Origin: Octopus vulgaris
Lineage: Eukaryota
Direction of reading: 5' to 3'
DNA: 64,000 nt
Assembly: GCA_951406725.2 (NCBI GenBank)
Contig: OX597820.1
Location: forward strand, 69,626,001 to 69,690,000
Positions 1 to 13,964 of the stretch are shown here, piece by piece (the first letter of the stretch is position 1; each line of letters begins with the position of its first letter). The position numbers were made by a program, and so were the translations under genes. Below the pieces are notes generated by a model. The model saw only the letters and a list, made by a program, of their open reading frames with translations. It ran no database searches and was not told the origin of the DNA.

Positions 1-30
1 TACACACACATGCACATACAAACACACACA

Positions 31-72
<42 letters not shown>

Positions 73-82
73 GAAAGAGAGC

Positions 83-128
<46 letters not shown>
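1..128. repeat. Compound microsatellite (CA)n-(TA)n-(GA)n
   Basis: Directly visible dinucleotide runs. Confidence 0.95.
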
Positions 129-130
<2 letters not shown>

Positions 131-578
131 TGGATGTGTAAACAGAAAGATAGGCAAACAGAAATATACTGAGAAAGATTGAATTTCCTTGCACACAATA
201 ATATTATCTAAAATCAAAGAGATGATTTAGTTTTTGCCTCTGAATTCTGAGAAATTCGCTAATCTATCTAACAACAACGTATGTGGCCTGTTTCTCACTG
301 CCATTTATTTCATCTTTCCATTTCCTTAGACTTTTTCTTTGCTTATATATAAATTTCTCATTCGCCATATTTATTTATTTATGTATTTATTTATTTGTAT
401 ATTCTACTAAATTTTTTGTCTACTTCCTTTCACTTTCATGTAATTCATTGGATGTAATCTAAATATTTCAACTATACATTCGCTTCCTTTTTGCAGTCAA
501 ATTACCAACTCTTACTTGCTTCTGTATTTCCCTGTCTCTATTTCTTTCTCCTCTCCCTCTCTCTTCTCCTCTCTTTCT

Positions 579-579
579 A

Positions 580-666
<87 letters not shown>

Positions 667-766
667 ATATATATATATCAATCAATCTATCTATCTGTTT
701 ATTTATTTATCTATTACCTATATATTTTTCTAACTATCTAGCTATCTTCCTACTTACAGTTATATA

Positions 767-797
<31 letters not shown>

Positions 798-897
798 ACA
801 TACATATATATATTTATCTATCTACCTATGTATTTCTTAGCTATCTAGCTATCTACCTACTTACAGAGTTATATATATGTATATGTATGCATGTATG

Positions 898-969
<72 letters not shown>

Positions 970-975
970 CATATA
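579..975. repeat. (TATC)n followed by (TA)n microsatellites
   Basis: Directly visible; source of spurious YLSI/IYIY ORFs. Confidence 0.95.
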
Positions 976-1804
976 TAAACAGATACATACATTCATACAT
1001 ACATAGATATATGTACTTATGTATGTGTTTATGAACATATATATATGGAGAGAGAAAGAAAGAGATGGAGAGAGGGTTACTCAATGATAGTTAGATAAAT
1101 TGATATACATACACACAAACACACACATCAATACTTACATATATGCATACAAATATACTTACAAGCATACAAAGCACATCAGCACATGCGCATACAAGTG
1201 CACGTTCACTTTACTATGTAGTCATGTCTACGTTTCTTCGCCTTTCTTCTGTGCCAATGTCTTACGTACATTCTCCTAGATCCGCTCTCCCTCTTCCTTC
1301 ACTCTCAGTGTCACTGTAGCTATCTCTCTATCAATTTTCCTACATATTATAATTCTTCCTATCGTTCGCTTTCTCTCACTTCATTTCTCTCTTTGAGACA
1401 AATGTATATATACACAATAGGAAGCACATATATATAATCAACCATTAAAGACTTTTATTACAACTGTACGTTACATGCTTCTACCAGCTTTCGTTTTCTT
1501 TCCTTTTCTCTCCTACACGCGGTCTCTCTGTTTCCCCTCTGACTTTTCCCCTGTCTCTCAATGTATTGCTTTACCTTCTCCTCCCATTTAGCTTTGTTTC
1601 TTTTCATCTTTTTTACTTTAATAGGTGTTTCTTCCTGTATGAAGTAATGTCTGTCTTTTGATTTTTCTTCACACCAACATTATTCAGTCTTCTCTCAAAA
1701 TATTCCAATGTTCTTTCTCATACTTTTCCTTACTCTGTTATTTTTCTCTAAATCCTCCCAAGGTTCTTTTTCCTAATCTTACTTTTCTCTATTTCTATCA
1801 TTAC

Positions 1805-1992
<188 letters not shown>

Positions 1993-2548
1993 CTTTCTCA
2001 TTCTAATCCTTTCTCTTTAATGTTTCTTTCTCTCTCATTTATCTCCCCTTTGTTTCTTTCTGTTTCCACTCAGCCATTCTCACCTTGTTTTGGTGCATCT
2101 CAAACCTTAACTTCCAATGCGCGAAAACGGAAAAAAAAAATTAAATAAAAAGTAAAATATTAAAAAAAAAAAGGAAGGAAAGAAGAAAAAAGATAGACAA
2201 TTGCCATACCATGTCAAAATATACTTTGAAAAATCTCCTCACGCGAGCAAACATCGAATAAATATATTTGTCAGTAGATTCATTTACATTTTTGAAAAGG
2301 AAAGCAAATATAATCACACAGCAACGGTAACAACAGCAACAACAATAATAGCTATAACACTAACACAAAATCAAATCAAAACAATCACAAAAAACAACAA
2401 CAAAAACTTATATAGTAAAAACAACTACATTAACATCAACAATAACAACATGCCTTTAAAAACAACAAAACAAAAGAAGCATAGACATGAATGAGAAAAA
2501 GTACAAGAAAGTGCTTAATGTTGAATCTTACGAAATAATAAAAATAAA

Positions 2549-2549
<1 letters not shown>

Positions 2550-2644
<95 letters not shown>

Positions 2645-2670
2645 CATCATCATCATCATCATCATCATCA

Positions 2671-2708
<38 letters not shown>

Positions 2709-3138
2709 TCAGTTGTGGTAGAATTAGGAGTAAGTGTAGCAGTAGTAGCAACAGTGACAGCTAAGAAGTAGACTTGAAAAAAAAAAATACTTCGCTGGTG
2801 AGTTTTATCCATAAAAGCTTAGACGATATAGCACGCACTGAGTAACTTGCAGATTGATAAAAATCAACCCTGAGGCCCCATGGTTTTTTTTTTTCTATCG
2901 TTTCTCAATAGAGAAATTTTCTACGTCCACAATTTTTCTTACTCTCACAGATATTAGATCTAATTTCCGGCATAAAGCTCCATAAGGACCAGTAAAAACT
3001 GAAAAAAGTCAAGGACGCGCTGTAAAAGAAGATTATTAACAAACTAAATCGCAAAACAATGATTTCTATATCTGTTTTATTATTATTATTATTATTATTA
3101 TCATCATCATCATCATCATCATTATTATTATTATTATT

Positions 3139-3183
<45 letters not shown>

Positions 3184-3196
3184 GTCATCATCATCG

Positions 3197-3238
<42 letters not shown>

Positions 3239-3305
3239 CAATTATCACCAGCAGCAGCAACTGATATTCTTGTTAATCCTGTTGTAGTAGTAGTTATTAT
3301 TATTG

Positions 3306-3369
<64 letters not shown>

Positions 3370-4538
3370 CATTATTATTATTATTATTATTATCGAATAC
3401 TTCACTCTTTTCATCATTTACTTCATAATTTTTTTATTCTCCATCCACTTGTTGTTTTTGTTGTAGCTGTTGTCCTTTTTGATCCTCTTCCTTTTCGTCT
3501 TCTTCGTCTTCTTTCTCTCCTACTTCCTTTTCTTTTTCCCATTTGTCTTTTCTTCATTTTTTTTTCTCTCTTTCTCTCGCTCTCTCTCCTTGCCTCTTTC
3601 GTTTAATTCTTCTCTAACTCCCTATTAACACCAGTTTATTTTACACTACCACTGACTGACTATCAGAAAAATAAAAGCAGGCGCTAAACAGTAGAAATAA
3701 TTATTGCCATCCACATGGGAAAGTACTGTTTAAATAATGTATCCAGTAGCAAACGTCTTAAAATAAAACAGGAAAGATGGCTAAATAAGATGAACGTAGC
3801 GAAGAAAATATGGCAGCTATTTTTTTCCTCCATTTTGTTTCCCTCGTTTGTTTATTTGTTTGTTGATTTATGTTGTTTTTATTCTTGTTTGTTTTTGTAA
3901 TAAACGAATGGGAAATATTATCAAGGCGTTTATTGCTAACTCCAGCTGAGCACAGAAATTATTTTCACTTGTCTTTTCGTTTTGCTTTGCTTTACATTGG
4001 AAATATTTTTTTCATCTTCTCTTCAATCACTGATACATTATAAGTCACGTGACACAAATTTTCTATAACAACACCAACACAGTAATAGAACGGCGCCATC
4101 TTTTTATTTGCGTTTTATTTATTTATCTATATATCTTTTTTTTTCTCTCTCTATTTGCCACTTTCATCTACTTTCAATTCTTCTCTTCGTTGCTGTACTT
4201 CATCTTTCACTCTCGGTCTTGTAGCTTCGATTTTTCTTGTTCTGAAGCATCTATCTATCTTTACATCATCATCATTCTCATCATTGTTATTATCATCATC
4301 ATCATCATCATCATCATCACTATAATCAGTAGTAGTATTGCTGTCGACATCAAAATCATTATCAATCATGATCATCACCATCATCGTCTTCATTTTCATC
4401 ACCACTGCAACCACTATCATGAGACTTATGATGATGACGATGAGGAAGATGATGATGATGGTGGTGGTGTTGGTAGTGCTGGTGGTGATCACTATCAATC
4501 ACCACCGACATCATCATCATAAACATGGACATCATCCC

Positions 4539-4570
<32 letters not shown>

Positions 4571-4790
4571 ACGTCATCACCTTTGTCATCAATACCATCA
4601 ACATCACTACTATGAAGACGATGATGATTACGATCATCAATCACCATCCGCATCATCAATATCGTCATTCACCTCCTCCTCCTCATCATCATCAGCAGCA
4701 ACAACATCATCACTACCATCACCACCATAACTATCACCAAGACATCCACTTCAGCCACCACCAGTAACACACCACTACCAGTAACACACC

Positions 4791-4821
<31 letters not shown>

Positions 4822-4890
4822 CTACCAGCAGCAGTAGTATCATCATCGTTATCAACGACATTATCATCTTCATCATCATCACCATCGCCA
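2550..4890. repeat. Trinucleotide repeat field: (TAA)n, (CAT)n, (TAC)n, (CAC)n blocks separated by unique spacers
   Basis: Directly visible blocks at about 2550-2710, 3080-3395 and 4260-4890; produce poly-I/S/H/D ORFs. Confidence 0.9.
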
Positions 4891-5512
4891 ATTCTTTCTT
4901 CTTCCTATTTCTTTATCTGCCAATCCATCAAATATTATCTTTGATTCTTTTCTTTTGATGTTATTTTGCATATTTTTTCTTCATTATACATATTTTTATC
5001 TTATCAATTTATTTTACTTTTTTATCCAATTTATATATTTTTACATCTTTATTACTCTTTCTTGTTTTTCACAATCGATTATATAGTTTTGAGCAAAGTA
5101 AGGCATATGTGCTGTAAACTTCTATTTAATAGGTGGTCGTGAGTTCAAAACTACTACTGGCATATCTCTGGGCTTCTAGTTGTGAAATAAGGCCCATAGA
5201 CATGTCTTTTTTAGGTAACTGAATTAAGAAAACTAACAGAGGTTTCCATATTGTATCTTTCTCTCTCAAGAACTTACCTGAGACATTTGAGTTCTCTCCA
5301 AGAGTATACGCACACCCGGCTACACTGGTTGCCTATCGTGAAATATTATAATTTTTTTTTTTCAGTGTGTCGTACTTGGATAGGGGGAAATTTCCGCAAC
5401 CTTCCGTCTCAACAAACCAATCGTTTTTTATATCTACTACAGATTCCTTGAAGCTAACCTTCTTCCTACATCTCGATCCCAGGATTTTTACATAAACACA
5501 CGCGCGCATACG

Positions 5513-5572
<60 letters not shown>

Positions 5573-5747
5573 TCCATCTTGTTATAAACACACAAAGCGG
5601 TAGCAACTCTCTCGGCAGATTTTTGTCATAATTCATATTTATATATACAAGATTTCCATGGAATTTCACTAACTTCTGTTCACTATCCTTCCATTTTTTC
5701 CTCCACTTCCTCTCTCTTCCGATATATATTTGTATATATGTGTGCAT

Positions 5748-6032
5748 GCAGATGGCCTAGTGGTTAGAGCAGTGGACTCGCGGTCGAGGGATCGCTGGTT
5801 CGAATCTCAGACCAGTCGATGTGTGTTTATAAGCGAAACACCTAAGCTCCACGCGGCTCCGGCAGAAGGTAATGGCGAATTTCTGCTGACTTTTTCGCCA
5901 CAACTTTCTCTCACTCTTTCCTCCTGCATCTTCCAACACACCTGCGACGGACCGGCGTCCCGTCCAGGTGGGAAACCTATACGCCAAGGAAACCGGCCCT
6001 ATGAGCCAGGCGTGGCTCGAGAAGGCACAAAC
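5748..6032 (+). mobile_element. tRNA-derived SINE (head type A, tail 1)
   Basis: Pol III A-box TGGCCTAGTGG and B-box GGTTCGAATCT; a near-identical antisense copy lies at 13965-14210. Confidence 0.9.
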
Positions 6033-6460
6033 ATTTATGTATGTATGTATGTATGTATGAATATTTATACACACTGACACATATGTCTAAACGTGTGCAT
6101 ATAAATGTGTATATGTATATATATGTGTGTGTGTGTGTGTATAGATATTCTCATTTATATACATATATATTTATATAAGCCCACACGCGAGCGCGTGTGT
6201 GTGTGCGCGTGCATGTTTGAGAGTGTGTAAAGAAGTACAAGATACGGAGACAGAGAATCGTGCAGCTATCACAGAAAGCTTCTCTCTAAGAGTGCTTATT
6301 GTAATTGATCTGAAGGTAGTGTAATGTAGAATGTTCACATAATTTAAAATCCAGACAGTCCGATCGATGAAGTTATTTGAAGACAATATAAAATTATAAA
6401 ACCTTAAAGTCATGAGCTATCAGAGAATAATATGTAATCATTTAATCATATGTCTCTTGT

Positions 6461-6790
6461 GAAGGCGGATGGCTCACTGGTTAGAGCGTCGAGCTTACGA
6501 TCGTGATGTTGTGAGTTCGATTCCTGGACCGAGCTGCGTGTTGTGCTCTTGAGCGAGATACTTTATTTCACGTTGCTCCAGTTAATTCAGCTGTAGAAAT
6601 GAGTTGCGACTTCACTGGTGCCAAGCTGTATCTGCCGTTGCTATTCCCTTGTTTAACATCATTAGTGCGGAGAGGGGAGGCTGGTATGCATGGGCGACTG
6701 CTGGCCTTCTATAAACAACCTTGCCCGGACTTGTGCCTGGGAGGGTAACTTTCTAGGTGCAATCCCATTGTCATTCATGGGGGGTTTCCT
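6461..6790 (+). mobile_element. tRNA-derived CORE-type SINE (head type B)
   Basis: A-box TGGCTCACTGG, B-box GAGTTCGATTCC, CORE-like TGTGCTCTTGAGCGAGATACTTTA; second copy antisense at 40519-40846. Confidence 0.85.
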
Positions 6791-6900
6791 CAATCATACG
6801 ACTTCTAAATATGATTACGGCCGGTTTGTAAGTTTTTTCATGTAATATTAATTTCATCCAAACTAAATTTAATACTACACGAAGGAGGTAATCCTATGGA

Positions 6901-7288
6901 AGTGGAGGCGCAATGGCCCAGTGGTTAGGGCAGCGGACTCGCGGTCATAGGATCGCGGTTTCGATTCCTAGACCGGGCGTTGTGAGTGTTTATTGAGCGA
7001 AAACACCTAAAGCTCCACGAGGCTCCGGCAGGGGATGGTGGTGATCCCTGCTGTACTCTTTCACCACAACTTTCTCTCACTCTTACTTCCTGTTTCTGTT
7101 GTACCTGTATTTCAAAGGGCCGGCCTTGTCACTCTATGTGTCACGCTGAATATCCCCGAGAACTACGTTAAGGGTACACGTGTCTGTGGAGTGCTCAGCC
7201 ACTTACACGTTAATTTCACGGGCAGGCTGTTCTGTTGGTCGGATCAACCGGAACCCTCATCGTCGTAACCGACGGAGTGCTTCCATCC
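6901..7288 (+). mobile_element. tRNA-derived SINE (head type A, tail 2) with 11-bp TSD
   Basis: A-box TGGCCCAGTGG, B-box GGTTTCGATTCC; flanked by the direct repeat AATCCTATGGA at 6890-6900 and 7289-7299. Confidence 0.92.
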
Positions 7289-7389
7289 AATCCTATGGAG
7301 GTCACATTGTTAAATAAATATATATTCACATCTCACATCTCCTTACTTTATGGATATGTGCGCGCGTGCGTGTGTGTGTGTGTGTGTGT

Positions 7390-7650
7390 GGTGAAGGTGC
7401 ACGGGTTAGTGTTTAAGGTGTTGCATTCATGATTGCGAGATCGTGAGTTCGATTCCCAGACCGAGCGTTGCGTTTTGTTCTTGAGCAAAGTACGTCTTTA
7501 CACGTTGCTATGCAATCATTTTGACATCTGACATGTGGCACCCGTTGCACCTGTACAGGTAATGTCGATCTGATGGAGGTAGTGAGGTTATGCCTGCAAA
7601 AATATTTGATCACTCTAAACAAATCCTCTGTGTGGTTGTTCGGCAAGAAA
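7390..7650 (+). mobile_element. Degenerate tRNA/CORE-type SINE
   Basis: B-box GAGTTCGATTCC and CORE-like TGTTCTTGAGCAAAG; distinct tail. Confidence 0.75.
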
Positions 7651-7884
7651 TTTTATTTTAAACTGGCCACAATGAGCTATACATAAATGGACAAAACACG
7701 TCAGACAAGTACAAATGGGGTCTACAACAGGGTGAAATTTGGAATAACAATATGAATAGAATTAAAAAAATAGAAATTTTACGTGACAATTATGCTATAA
7801 CAAGATGAAATGTTGAGCATGGAGACCCCACAAGTCACAACCCAGCACTGCTCACACACGGGAGACTAATGTGTTCCGTTCAAG

Positions 7885-8252
7885 TTGGGAGCTAAACATA
7901 GAAGGGACAAACAAGGACACACAAACAGATTAAGTCGATTACATCGATTCCAGTACGCAACTGGTACTTAATTTATCGACCCCGAAAGGATGAAAGGCAA
8001 AGTCGACCACGGCGGAATTTGAACTCAGAAAGTAGCGGCAGACGAAATACATATTTATTTACTACCCACAAGGGGCTAAACACAGAGGGGACAAACAAGG
8101 ATAGAGAAACGGATTAAGTCGATTATATCGACCCCAGTGCGTAACTGGTACTCAATTTATCGACTACGAAAGGATGAAAGGCAAAGTCGACCTCGACGGA
8201 ATTTGAACTCATTTCAGCCGACGTGCTAACGTTTCTGCTAGTTCACCGCTTT
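7885..8252 (-). mobile_element. Tandem pair of Nin/Deu-domain SINEs
   Basis: Two antisense copies of GAGTTCAAATTCCG(C/T)CG(A/T)GGTCGACTTTGCCTTTCATCCTTTCG...GTCGATAAATT(A/G)AGTACCAG. Confidence 0.9.
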
Positions 8253-8654
8253 AGTTATTGAACACAATATCATCGTAAGTACCGTTATCCTATCCACGTT
8301 TATATTTAGTGAAAAATTTAACCCATCTCACTCATATTATTTTCACCTTTTTGATGCCAATCGGACGAAAGAAGTCCAGCGTTCGTTTATGTATAATATT
8401 CAGTTACACGTATAATCAAGCATTGTTACAAACAAAATAAAAGTGAAATTAAGCAGATATGTTTATATTTTTAATAGCCATATAATCTCAGTATTACTCA
8501 TGCTGAAAACTGTTGTTTTAGTAGAAGGCTGGCGAGGCATGCAACATGTAAAAATGTAAAATTTAAAACAGACACCTATCATATAAAATGCTATAAAGCA
8601 GCTGTGAATAGTACGTGCATTTAATATGAGAAAATAATGATGAACAATACTCTA

Positions 8655-9075
8655 GGTACAAGGCCCCAAATTTAGTGGGAGGGAAGTCGATTAGCTGAAC
8701 CCTAGTACGCAACTGGTATTTAATTTAGCGACACTGAAAAAAATAATAAGTAAATTCGACCTCGGTGGAATTTGAACTCAGAACGTAAAGACAAACGAAA
8801 TACTGATGAGCATTTTGCCTGGGGTGCTAACTTTTCTTATTTTTTTTTTATTGCCCACAAGAGTCTACACACAGAGGGGACAAACAAGGACAGACAAAGG
8901 GATTAGGTCGATTACATCGACCCCAGTGCGTAACTGGTACTTAATTTATCGTCCCAGAAAGGATGAAAGGCAAAGTTGACCTCGACGGAATTTGAACTCA
9001 GAACGTAAAGACAGACAAAATACTGCTAAGCATTTTGCCCGGAGGTGCTACCGTTTCAGCCAGCTCGCCGCCTTG
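8655..9075 (-). mobile_element. Dimer of Nin/Deu-domain SINEs (long unit plus headless short unit)
   Basis: Same domain twice; full head GGCGGCGAGCTGGC at about 9075, and the second unit starts at AAAAGTTAGCAC. Confidence 0.9.
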
Positions 9076-9708
9076 AATAAGCAGAAAATATTAACTGATA
9101 AAGACATTCAAACGTAAGTTGTAACAATAAGAGCGAAACCTGCTATTAGAAAAGGTCTCAGTACACAAGGTTGACACAATCTGAAACAGACTTATAACAA
9201 AATAGTGTTTTTAGCAAAGAAGCAATTAGAAAATATACACAATTAATGATAACAAGTGTGTCAGAAAAAAGCAACTTTTAATGGCTTATACCACACACAA
9301 ATAGAAAATGAATTTGTAGAGTTATTCGAACATACAATGCTTGCAAAGTGTAAATTCAAGTGAGAGAGCAGTCACGTGGTATATGGGCATAAACTGTAGT
9401 CCGGTCATGAACACTTCACTCTGGCCAGGAACACTTTAAAAGACGTTACTGTATACGATTGCGCATGCTTTACCCAAAAGTCCGAAATAAACATGTATTT
9501 TCTAAATAGTATTGAAGATACACGCACACGGTCACACAAATATACACACACGCATTTATGTAGTTAGAATGGAATCTAGTATTTTGTGCTGTGTAAAAGA
9601 ACGGGAACATGTGAATTGGAGCGCAGTTGGTTACCTTGTCATCCTGTTTAACTATCTGAAGACAACTTCCTTCCTCATGCTGAGAACAGAGCCGGTCCTA
9701 TATGCATG

Positions 9709-9742
<34 letters not shown>

Positions 9743-11541
9743 CATACACATACACACATTCATATATCGAAAAAGATACGGCAGAAAGGAAGGAAAAGTT
9801 AATTGAATAGAAAAGCTGGAGTGAAAAAGAAAGGAAGAAATAAATAAAAACAGACAGAAAGTAACAAAATGATGGAAGAAAGCAATTCCTAGGAATTTCA
9901 AAATTTAAGAAACGAGAGAGATGGGTTGGAAATATATATATGTAAGGTGTACAAGAGATAGGTTGGCAGATAGATAGAAAGCATATGTGAGAGAAATGGA
10001 GAGGTAAAGAAATAAGGCTTAAAAATAAATTCATGTGATGAACTCACAGATGTATAACTGTACATGTACGTATTCATGTCCATATGTAGGTATGCATTTG
10101 CGTGTGCGTATGTTATTTCGTTTGTCTTCTTTAAATAATATGAGGGAAAAGATAAAGAGAGAAAATGAACGAAAGGGAGAGGGATCCTGTTGGTGGTAGC
10201 TGTCTGTCACGACATGAGATGCAGAGAAAGGTATTAGTTTTAGCTGAGGAAATGCTGCCGAGGAATAAAAAAAGGAACTAAATATAATTAAAACAAATGA
10301 AGTCGTGATTCATTCGGAGAAAATGGTATTGCTTTCGTTAATTAATTTTTATTTCCACTAGGTACATGGCCAACTAGAATATTATGGGGTGGAATGTGGA
10401 ATGTTCATTTATAATCGAATGAATCGACATCGCTTACGTTATTACTGGAACTTGAATTCGATGTTTTGATCTTGTTGCTTATCGTTCTTTCTTTATTCCT
10501 ACGGAGCAGATAAATGACAATATTAAAGACTATTTTCTCAATAAAATCACAAATAGCTAATAAATATTTGTGCACAGCTAAAAGCTTCAAGAAATTTTAA
10601 ATAGTCTTTAAAACTGCAGTTTCAAAGACTTTTGCAGTGAAGTTTGTCTTTTTTTTCTCTTCGGAAACAAAAGAAAAACATTATAATAAAGATTGTCCCG
10701 ACACGTTTCAGAATTCGTTGACCACTTACCAGAAGTCTGGTGACAATTCGTCTGACATTCCCCAAAGTAAATCTATTACAAAAAGCTATTTTAGCTTGAC
10801 ACAAACCAGAAATTTACTATAATGGAAATTAGTATAATTAGTAAATTATAATTAGTATAATTTCTCAGACAGGATTTCTCGGCGTCGAGTTTCAACAATT
10901 AATCAAGATTGGAATATGGTGGAAACGGTTCTTCATTTAAACCTACTCCTGTACTTGACTGGTTGCTATTATATTATAGAACTATGAAAGCTAGAATTAG
11001 GTCTGCCTATGAACTTAGTACTAAAAGACACGAAAGATATACCACAAAGCCTTGTGTTTGAAGCTTTAATGCTTCCTTTCAAAACACGACTCCTATAGTT
11101 TAATATATGATTAAAAACTAACAAAAATCATAACATTACGTTGAATCATACAATACTTGTTACATCTCTCCACATGAATGTCGTTTACACATCAACCTGC
11201 GAAAAATTTTAAAACACCAATTGGGTTTTCATTTTATTTAATCATCATCATCGTCGTCCTTGTTGTTGCCTTTGCACAGTTTCTAACGCTGGAGATGTAC
11301 TACAGTGTCAGCTGTTCACTACCAGACATCAAATCCCGTGTTCAAGAGGAGCTTGGAGTCGCAGTAAGCATCAGCTGTGTTGACAGGGTACTGAGACAAT
11401 ACCACTACACATTGAAAGTATGCCTTTCATTCCCTTATCTTTAAACGTTTTATTCTTTGAAAGAGATGGGAACGTATTCATTGAAATAAGAACTTAGACA
11501 ATAGAAAATGACATGTGCAGAGGTTTGCCACATTTCATGTA

Positions 11542-12833
11542 CGAGGGGCGTTCAATAAGTAATGCCCCTGACCCACTTCCCATAGCAGTAGAGCAACGAA
11601 ACTTGGCACAGTTATTAGTCTTCTTCTACCTAGGAAACACCCAGAGTAACGCATTTCTCTCATCGTGTGATGCAGCTCTGGAGACCGTTTTTGTAGAAGA
11701 CCCCCAGCTTGGTCCTCCAACCACGACGTGACTTCAGAAATCAAGGCTGCACCATTTGGAAAACACTTTCCTTTCAAAAACAACTTCATGGCTGGGAAGA
11801 GGTGAAAATCTGAGGGTGCAAGGTCAGGAGAGTAGGGAGATGGGGGAGGAGTTCATAGCCGTACGCCTGTGCTTCTGATCTGGCGACAGCGAGTTGTGGA
11901 CCGGAGCGTTGTCCTGCAGGAGGAGGATGCCTTTGCTGATCTTGTCCCACCTCTTGATTTTGATAGCTTCTCTTAATTTCCTCAAAAGTGAAGCATAATA
12001 GACTCCTATAATTGTGGTACCCTTTGCCAGGAAATCTGTCATCACTACTCCGTCCTGGTCCCAGAAGACTGTGAGCATGACCTTGCCAGCGGAGAGCTGC
12101 ACCCTTGCCTTCTTTGGAGGAGGTGAGTCACGGTGCTTCCACTGCATTTACTGGGCTTTGGTCTCTGGATCATAGTGATGGACCCAGGTTTCATCCTGTG
12201 TAATCAGTCTTTTGAAAAAATTTGACTCATCTTCTTGGCATATCTCCAAATTAATCCTCGAGCACTCGACGCATTCTTGCTTCTGGAAAGATGTGAGCAG
12301 CCTGGGAATCCATCTGGCAGACACCTTTTGCATATGCAAATTGTCATGAATGATAGTTTCCACAGACCCGGTACTAATCTTGACCTCATGGGCTATTTGG
12401 CGAATAGTTATGCCTCGATCTTCCAAAATGGCAGCCTCAACTTGACGGTCAGATGCCTCATCAATGGAAGAAGGGCGGCGACCAGATCTGGGAGCTGTTT
12501 CCACAGAGTTCCGACCATGTTTGAATTCACGATGCCAGCGTTTTACAAGGTCATATGATGGGGCATCATCACCATAAGTTACTTTCATTTCATCAAAAGT
12601 CTCCCGTGGTGTGCGTCCTTTTAAATATAAAAACCGGATCACTACTCGACACTCAACAGGCTCCATTTCACACTGGACTCAGTTCAAACACCTGTAAATC
12701 CGAAACCACAATTATTTCAGAGCTGTAATTTTCCCATTAATCTATAGAGATATAAGCAATTGCACATGCAAAATTTCAGCTAGATCAAACAATTGCAAGT
12801 AGGTCAGAGGCATTACTTATTGAACGTCCCTCG
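11542..12833 (-). mobile_element. Full-length mariner (DD34D, irritans-like), 1292 bp, with TIRs and TA TSD
   Basis: About 37-bp TIRs (CGAGGGGCGTTCAATAAGTAATGCCCCTGACCCACTT; other end has 3 mismatches); TA at 11540-41 and 12834-35. Confidence 0.97.
11615..12666 (-). pseudogene. Mariner transposase pseudogene
   Basis: MEPVECRVVIRFL..WIPRLL..ITQDETWVHHYDPETKAQ*MQWKH..SAGKVM..LLQDNAPVH..PDLAPSDFHLFP; in-frame stops (first at 12148) and small frameshifts. Confidence 0.95.
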
Positions 12834-13964
12834 TATATAACCGTAGTTGGTTTTCATTCACTATGGCCACTTAGAAATTTATAATCCCACTTAGTTTTTG
12901 CGCTTACATGCCTGTTTTTCTTTTAAGGCTCTCGTTACAGTTCCTGTGAAGAGAATCTATGAACAGACCTTGAACCTGCGAATGGAATATGCTCAGTTGT
13001 TTCACCAACGATCAGAGGATTTACACGACCGAAACTTTATGTTCCTCGACGAAATGGGGTTTGCAGTGATGACGCGTCCTAGAAAGGATCGAGCCCAGTC
13101 TGGAAAATCCCCATACGTCTCCGTTCCTGCTGCACGCAGTCGAAATATCTCGGTTGTTGCGGCCATGAATCGATATGGGATGATTCTTCGTCAAGGTTTT
13201 GAAACGACTGTAAACGGAGAAAGGTTGAAAGACTGTTTGATCGTGATTCACCGACGGTGCACCCACGACGAAATCAACAATCCTCTCTTCATCCTTGACA
13301 ACGCCAGGATCCCCCATTATCATGGACTGGCAGACACTATTAAGGAACTTGGCATTACCATGTTCTACATACCTCTATATTCGCCTTTCCTAAACCCAAT
13401 TGAGAACATTTTCTCCGTTTGAAAACGCTCGGTTATCCAAGGCGAGGCAAAGAACGAGCCGGAGCTTTACTAGTTGATGAAGTAATTCATGAACACTGCG
13501 TTCATGCTCTGTTAAATCGACCGGTCTGAACAAGGGGAGATAATAAACGAATGATTCTTTTTCTATTGTTTGCGTATGTTTGAACAGTTCATTCAAGATA
13601 ATTTATACATTTTTACAAACTGCAACTTTTTTTGCGAGAAATATCAGTTAGGAAAATTGAAAAACACTTATCTCAGGATAGCTAATAAACCTGGTCTGAT
13701 TTAAATCAGCAATTGTTGATCATAACTTTTAATCATAAGGGTAATTTCACCTCTCCCCAAAATTGCATGAAATTGCTTTAAAGCGCGGGCTTATGCTACA
13801 TCCTCCCTCCCCCCGTGGTATGTCTTTTAACTGGACTGTCTATTGTACATGGCATGAACGAGTCTTAGATGACACGTGAACGCATTCAGGCAGGTCGTTA
13901 TATCAGGATTAGTATGAGCTCATTTTTTCCTTTATGCCTACGTATGGTGAATTGCTGTGAGTAA

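Larger units (their letters stand above)
11280..13554 (+). pseudogene. IS630/Tc1-like (ISRm11-type) DD34E transposase pseudogene split by a putative intron (11418-12927)
   Basis: Exon 11280-11417 encodes HTH-like LPDIKSRVQEELGVAVSISCVDRVLRQYHYTLK. Exon from 12928 encodes ALVTVPVKR..FLDEMGF..RNISVVAA..ILDNAR-(34 aa)-YSPFLNPIE, then a W->TGA stop and degenerate C-terminus ..EQGEIINE*. Phase-0 GT/AG joins are present. Confidence 0.8.

Noticed and set aside
5748-7460. tRNA-like sequences with A/B boxes as possible tRNA genes
   Set aside because: No complete acceptor stem; each continues into a multi-copy SINE body.
10500-13800. Terminal inverted repeats for the IS630-like element
   Set aside because: No convincing inverted match between the flanks could be found by eye.
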